NCBI GenBank assembly: GCA_023484045.1
Contig: JAMDAA010000018.1
Coordinates: forward strand, 4 to 64,003
Direction: 5' to 3'
Length of the DNA stretch: 64,000 bases
Origin: Patescibacteria group bacterium
GTDB lineage: Bacteria > Patescibacteriota > Microgenomatia > Levybacterales > UBA12049
Position numbers and translations under genes: made by a program. This document shows positions 59,210 to 64,000 of this stretch, piece by piece. Numbering within the stretch: position 1 is the first letter of the stretch; each line of letters opens with the position of its first letter. The notes under the pieces were generated by a model, which saw nothing but the letters and a program-made list of their open reading frames with translations, did not search any database and was not told where the DNA came from.

Positions 59210-61542
59210 GGGGTCGGCGTCGGAGTCAGAGTTATAGTTGGGGTTGGAGTGTCGGTAACTTCCCGCGTCGATGTTTCGGTCGGTTTGTGATATAAAGGAT
59301 CGTCTTTATAATTTTCATTTACCCAATCATTGATCCCTTGCTGCCATCTGTTTTCTCCGTCGGTCGAAACAGGATCTTTTTCCAAAAAAACGATGAATTT
59401 ACGTATATCATATTCTCCTTTATCGATTTCTGACTGGCTCGCGAGTTTATTTGTGTCGGCTTTAGAAACTTTAACGTCTTGATAAATCGGACTCGGACCT
59501 TGTGGTTCTGTTCCTTTTATAAAGTATTCCGATCGTGTCGGTTTACCATCAACAGGCGCACCACCGCCGTAAGCATCGATTGTTAGCGAGACAACATTAT
59601 CTGGTTTTTCAAAATCAGTACTCGGAAAATTTTTTAAAGCTTCCATAATAATTCTTCTCCAAATCGGCGCCGCGCCTGTTACACCCGACGCGATATTTCC
59701 CATCGGAGAATTGTCGTTATTCCCAACCCAAGTTAGCACTAAAATATTCGGTGTCCACCCGACTGTCCAGTTATCCCTTTTATCGTCGGTCGTTCCTGTT
59801 TTTACAGCGATCGGTTTTCCGTTAATGTTTAAATAGCTGTTTTCGCCAAAAGTTAAAAGTCTTGCATTGTTATCTAGAAGCATTTGAGAAATTATAAACG
59901 CGACTTCCGAGCTCAAAACTCTCTTTTTCTGAACTTCTTTATTTTCGTATAATACTTTTCCCTTGTAATCCGTAACTTTAAGGATCGATGCTGGTTCTGC
60001 TTCATACCCGCCATTCGCAAAAGCCGTATACGCAGCTGCTAAATCCAACGGTTTTACTTCTCCTCCTCCGAGTGTTAATGATAATCCAAAACGTTTTATG
60101 TTTTCGTCGGTCGGCGCGAGCGTCGTTAATCCCATATTACTTGCTGTTGTCAACATATCTTTTAAACCAACCAGTGCCAAAAGTTTAACCGCAGGAATGT
60201 TTATCGAAGAGGCCAAAGCAGACCTAAGCTGTAACGGCCCGTGAAACTTTCCGTCGTAATTTTGAGGTATATAATCTTTTCCTCCCTGATTCGGAAAAAC
60301 AGTCTTAACATCCATCAAAAGAGTCGCTGCCGTGTATCCCTTAGAAAGCGCTGTCGCGTAAGTAACGGGTTTTATCGCAGATCCAGGCTGTCTTATACCT
60401 TGAGTTATTACATTAAATTGACCTTCAAAAGGGGCTGTTTCTGTTTTTGAAATTTCTGTCTCTTTTGCAAAAAAATCTTTGCTCCCGACCATCACTAAAA
60501 TTTGTCCTGTTTTTGGATCTAAAACAACACTCGCACCATTTTCAACATTTAGATATCTCGCATTCGCGACTTCTTCTTTTACGATCTTTTCTGCTTGTTC
60601 CTGCAATTTGTAATTCAGCGTTGTTGTAACTTGCAAACCTCCGTTTTCAACATAATCTTCGCCGAATTGCTTAACGAGTTGATCTTTAACATAAAAAGAA
60701 AAATGCGGCGCTTTTATCGAAGCCGTTTGTTCTAAAAATTTAACGTAAGGAAGTGCCTTAACCGCATCTTCTTCCTGTCTTTTTGTGATATACCCGTCTT
60801 CTTTCATGCGTCGAAGAACCTGTTTTGTGCGATCCATATAGGCCTTCGGATGAGAACCATATGGGGAATAATACGACGGTAACTGTGGCATTCCGGCCAA
60901 AACTGCCGATTCGACCAAATCTAAATCCTTTGCTTTTTTTCCAAAATAATTTTCCGATGCGACTTCCACACCAACCATCGATCCTCCGTACGGCGCGGCG
61001 TTTAAATAAAGCTCTAAAATTTGATCCTTGTTGTATTTTTGGTCGACCTGAATCGCGAGCATAAACTCTTTAATTTTTCTCGGAATTGTCCTTTCCGATG
61101 TCAAAAGAGTATTTTTAACAAGCTGTTGGGTAAGAGTTGATGCTCCGGTAACTCTTCTAAAAAGAAGAAAATCGCGCGCGGCCCTAAGATATCCACTGAT
61201 CGAAAACCCTTGATTTTTATAGAAATCTTTGTCTTCGACCGCAATCGTGGCCTGTTGCAAGGTTTTCGGAATATCATTGAGAGCAACATACGCCCTGTTC
61301 TGATTTTCGTATATATCATAAAGGACAATACCGTTCCGGTCAAAAATTCGGGTCGACTTGGAAAAATTACTCGCAGAAAGTTTTCCCGGCGTAGGAAGAT
61401 CTTTGCCATACCAGAAAAAAAGGACAACAGTTAAAATGATCAAACCGATAAGCCCGAAAAAAGCAAACTTTGAAATTCTACTGAGGAGAAATATGTTGGC
61501 CGATCCACCAAGTCTTCTACGCCGGCTGCGGTAATATTCCAT
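59206..61542 (-). CDS. Class A penicillin-binding protein (PBP1A family)
   Basis: Transglycosylase motifs EDKDF, GASTLTQQLVKN and RKIKE; transpeptidase motifs SAIK, SIN and KTGT. Confidence 0.96.
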   Translation of the reverse strand: MEYYRSRRRRLGGSANIFLLSRISKFAFFGLIGLIILTVVLFFWYGKDLPTPGKLSASNFSKSTRIFDRNGIVLYDIYENQNRAYVALNDIPKTLQQATIAVEDKDFYKNQGFSISGYLRAARDFLLFRRVTGASTLTQQLVKNTLLTSERTIPRKIKEFMLAIQVDQKYNKDQILELYLNAAPYGGSMVGVEVASENYFGKKAKDLDLVESAVLAGMPQLPSYYSPYGSHPKAYMDRTKQVLRRMKEDGYITKRQEEDAVKALPYVKFLEQTASIKAPHFSFYVKDQLVKQFGEDYVENGGLQVTTTLNYKLQEQAEKIVKEEVANARYLNVENGASVVLDPKTGQILVMVGSKDFFAKETEISKTETAPFEGQFNVITQGIRQPGSAIKPVTYATALSKGYTAATLLMDVKTVFPNQGGKDYIPQNYDGKFHGPLQLRSALASSINIPAVKLLALVGLKDMLTTASNMGLTTLAPTDENIKRFGLSLTLGGGEVKPLDLAAAYTAFANGGYEAEPASILKVTDYKGKVLYENKEVQKKRVLSSEVAFIISQMLLDNNARLLTFGENSYLNINGKPIAVKTGTTDDKRDNWTVGWTPNILVLTWVGNNDNSPMGNIASGVTGAAPIWRRIIMEALKNFPSTDFEKPDNVVSLTIDAYGGGAPVDGKPTRSEYFIKGTEPQGPSPIYQDVKVSKADTNKLASQSEIDKGEYDIRKFIVFLEKDPVSTDGENRWQQGINDWVNENYKDDPLYHKPTETSTREVTDTPTPTITLTPTPTP

Positions 61543-61590
61543 AAGATCAATTATACCAAAATTGAGAAAAAATATGCTATACTTGTGCTT

Positions 61591-62763
61591 ATGGACAAGG
61601 TCGAAGAACTTTTAGCGCGCGGAGTCGCGAACATAATCCCAAATAAAAAGAGCTTGGAAGAACTTTTAAAATCCGGAAAGAAACTTAAAATTTATAACGG
61701 AGCTGATCCGACAGCAACCAGACTCCATTTGGGACATGCCGTTCCTTTAAGAAAGCTTCAAAAATTCACGGAATTAGGACACGAAGTCTTTTTTCTTATC
61801 GGAGATTTTACTGCATTAATCGGCGACAACTCGGATAAAGATACGGAAAGACCTGCTCTAACTCCCGATCAGGTTAAGGAAAATTTCCGAACATACAAAC
61901 AGCAGGCGAGCAAAATTTTGGATTTCGATAAAGTAAAAGTTGTTTTTAACAGCGAATGGCTCAATAAATTAAGTTTCGGTGATGTTATAAAACTCTCTCA
62001 ATATTTTTCTGTAAATGATTTTTTAGGAAGAGAGCTAATAAGGAAACGCCTTGATGAAAGAAAAAGAGTAGGACTCCATGAATTCCTCTATCCAATAGCA
62101 CAAGGGTATGATCATTATCATTTAAATGCAGACTTACAAATAGGCGGAACAGAACAAATATTTAATATGCAAGCGGGAAGAACACTTCTTAAAATCCTGA
62201 CAGAAAAAGAATCCTTTTTAATGACATTTGATACTCTGGAAGGAACCGATGGGCGGAAGATGAGTAAAAGCTGGGGGAATGCAATATGGCTAGAAGATTC
62301 TTCTGCCGATATGTTTGCGAAAGTGATGGCGATCAAAGACGAATTGATTGTTCCATATTTTATTCTTGCGACTGATGTTTCTTTTGATGAAGTAAAAAAC
62401 ATTAAATCGAAACTCGAAAATGGCGAAAACCCGATGGGTTTTAAAAAACAACTCGCGACTCAAATCGTGACCGAACTTTATGATAAGGATGAAGCCGAAA
62501 GCGCCGCGCAAAGTTTTAGAAAAACAGTTCAAGAAAAAGCGATTCCCGAAGATATCAAAACGCGAACTTTCACCTCGACCGCAACTATTACGGATATTTT
62601 GCTTGAATCTGAAATCTCGTCGAGTAAATCAGACGCAAAAAGATTGATCGAACAGGGTGGAGTAGCGATCGATGATAAAATAATTACCGATCCAAACGCA
62701 CCCGCGCAAGAAGGAATTATTCGGGCCGGAAAAAGAAGATTTGTAAACATAAAAATTGAATAA
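61591..62763 (+). CDS. tyrS: Tyrosyl-tRNA synthetase
   Basis: Motifs G.DPTA..LHLGH, YP..QGYD, QIGGTEQ.FN, KMSKS and a C-terminal S4 domain. Confidence 0.97.
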   Translation: MDKVEELLARGVANIIPNKKSLEELLKSGKKLKIYNGADPTATRLHLGHAVPLRKLQKFTELGHEVFFLIGDFTALIGDNSDKDTERPALTPDQVKENFRTYKQQASKILDFDKVKVVFNSEWLNKLSFGDVIKLSQYFSVNDFLGRELIRKRLDERKRVGLHEFLYPIAQGYDHYHLNADLQIGGTEQIFNMQAGRTLLKILTEKESFLMTFDTLEGTDGRKMSKSWGNAIWLEDSSADMFAKVMAIKDELIVPYFILATDVSFDEVKNIKSKLENGENPMGFKKQLATQIVTELYDKDEAESAAQSFRKTVQEKAIPEDIKTRTFTSTATITDILLESEISSSKSDAKRLIEQGGVAIDDKIITDPNAPAQEGIIRAGKRRFVNIKIE

Positions 62764-62775
62764 CTGCTCATAAAA

Positions 62776-64000
62776 ATGGGCATAATAAACGAAAAATACG
62801 CTCTGCTCAGCGTTTACGATAAAACAGGAATTATCGATTTTGCAAAAGTTTTATCCTCTTTAAATTATAAAATTATCTCAACCGGAGGGACTGCAAAAGT
62901 TTTGACCGAAAATGGAATCGGTGTTATCCCGATTCAACAAATAACCGGAAACCCCGAAAGCTTTGACGGAAGAATGAAAACGATTAGTTTCCAAATCGAA
63001 TCCGGAATTTTGTTTAACCGGAATAATCCTTCACACGTAAGACAAGCCAGAAAATTAAAAATAAAACCGATCGATATTGTTGTTTGCAATCTTTATCCAT
63101 TCGAAAAAACGGTTTCGAAAAAATCTGTTTTAATAAATGATGCGATTGAATCGATCGATGTCGGCGGTCCCACGATGATCAGGGCCGCGGCAAAAAATTT
63201 TAAAAATGTTTTAGTCATCGTCGATCCGAATGACTACAAATCTATTAGTCTGTTACTACATAGTGGTGGAGTAAGCGAAAAGGTTAAAAAAGAATTGGCA
63301 GCAAAAGCATTTTCGCATCTCTCTTTTTATGATTCTCAAATCGCGTACTTTTTAAAAGAGGAGTTATTTACAGAGGAGGTAACAATTCCCGGTCGAAAAA
63401 TGCTTGATCTAAGATACGGCGAGAACCCGCATCAAAAATCCGCTTTTTACGTTCAGCCAAACAGTAATTCGATCTTAGAAAATCTTAAGCATCTTTGGGG
63501 AAGAGACCTGTCGCTTGTTAATGTGATCGATATTAACGCCGGAATCGAAGCCGTTAGGCTTTTTAAAGAAAACGCCGCGGCCGTTATTAAACACGCAAAT
63601 CCTTGCGGAATCGCACTCGGAAAAAGTATTGCTGAGGCGCTAAAAAGAGCCATCGACGCCGATCCCGAATCTGCCTTTGGCGGAATTGTTGTTTTAAACA
63701 AAGAAATGGATTTAAATGCGGCAAAAATAATCGGAGAATTTAAGGACGAAAGAAAAAGCAACGTCGATATTGTTGCAATTCCGGAAATTACGAAAGATGC
63801 TTTGGAATATCTTAAAAAATTGCGAAAGTCGATGGGAATATACACGTTTGACTCGATTCATAAATTAGATAAAAAATCATTAAATATAAAATTTGTCGAC
63901 GGAGGATTTATTTTGCAGTCAATCGATAAGGATATTGATCGAAGTTTTTCGAAATGGAGGGTTGTGACAAAGGTAAAACCAGCAAAAAAACAACTCGAGC
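62776..64000 (+). CDS. purH: Bifunctional AICAR transformylase / IMP cyclohydrolase, running off the window end
   Basis: Manual translation gives ALLSVYDKTG, STGGTA, DGRMKT, VCNLYPF, IDVGGPTMIRAAAKN, LRYGENPHQ, KHANPCG and DPESAFGG. Confidence 0.95.
   Translation, partial: MGIINEKYALLSVYDKTGIIDFAKVLSSLNYKIISTGGTAKVLTENGIGVIPIQQITGNPESFDGRMKTISFQIESGILFNRNNPSHVRQARKLKIKPIDIVVCNLYPFEKTVSKKSVLINDAIESIDVGGPTMIRAAAKNFKNVLVIVDPNDYKSISLLLHSGGVSEKVKKELAAKAFSHLSFYDSQIAYFLKEELFTEEVTIPGRKMLDLRYGENPHQKSAFYVQPNSNSILENLKHLWGRDLSLVNVIDINAGIEAVRLFKENAAAVIKHANPCGIALGKSIAEALKRAIDADPESAFGGIVVLNKEMDLNAAKIIGEFKDERKSNVDIVAIPEITKDALEYLKKLRKSMGIYTFDSIHKLDKKSLNIKFVDGGFILQSIDKDIDRSFSKWRVVTKVKPAKKQLE

Noticed and set aside
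63453-63845. 130-aa minus-strand ORF
   Set aside because: It is an antisense shadow of purH, which runs off the window end on the + strand.

Overview
The window looks like bacterial chromosomal DNA from a CPR/Patescibacteria genome, most likely Microgenomates-like (DUF5660 protein, short ThrS and PheT, many Pro-Thr stalk surface proteins; genetic code 11). Housekeeping content includes gdhA, typA, a DEAD-box helicase, a MarR-adaptor-MFS efflux operon, an ABC-2 exporter, ahcY plus a PfkB kinase, tig, thrS-infC-rpmI-rplT-pheS-pheT, PBP1A, tyrS, a partial purH and eight intact tRNAs. Five things stand out. (1) A convergent 8-kb locus at 38.7-46.9 kb combines a TasA-like protein, SipW, a sortase, an LPTTG-anchored protein and five proteins built from one ~85-90 aa Asn/Gly/Thr-rich repeat; one of them is a TasA-signal/repeat chimera. 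This is a candidate undescribed surface fibre or functional amyloid system. (2) Almost every tRNA has broken duplicate alleles and short GC-rich palindromic elements next to it, and three also have a small GIY-YIG nuclease gene. One intact tRNA-Gln sits inside the anticodon loop of a disrupted tRNA-Gln. (3) The same palindromes are inserted in frame in typA, tig and an HD-domain gene. (4) Three diverged att-like repeats downstream of tRNA-Gly separate cargo cassettes. (5) Two leader-peptide attenuators and a cluster of internally deleted pseudogenes are present. All protein calls come from motif recognition, not database searches.
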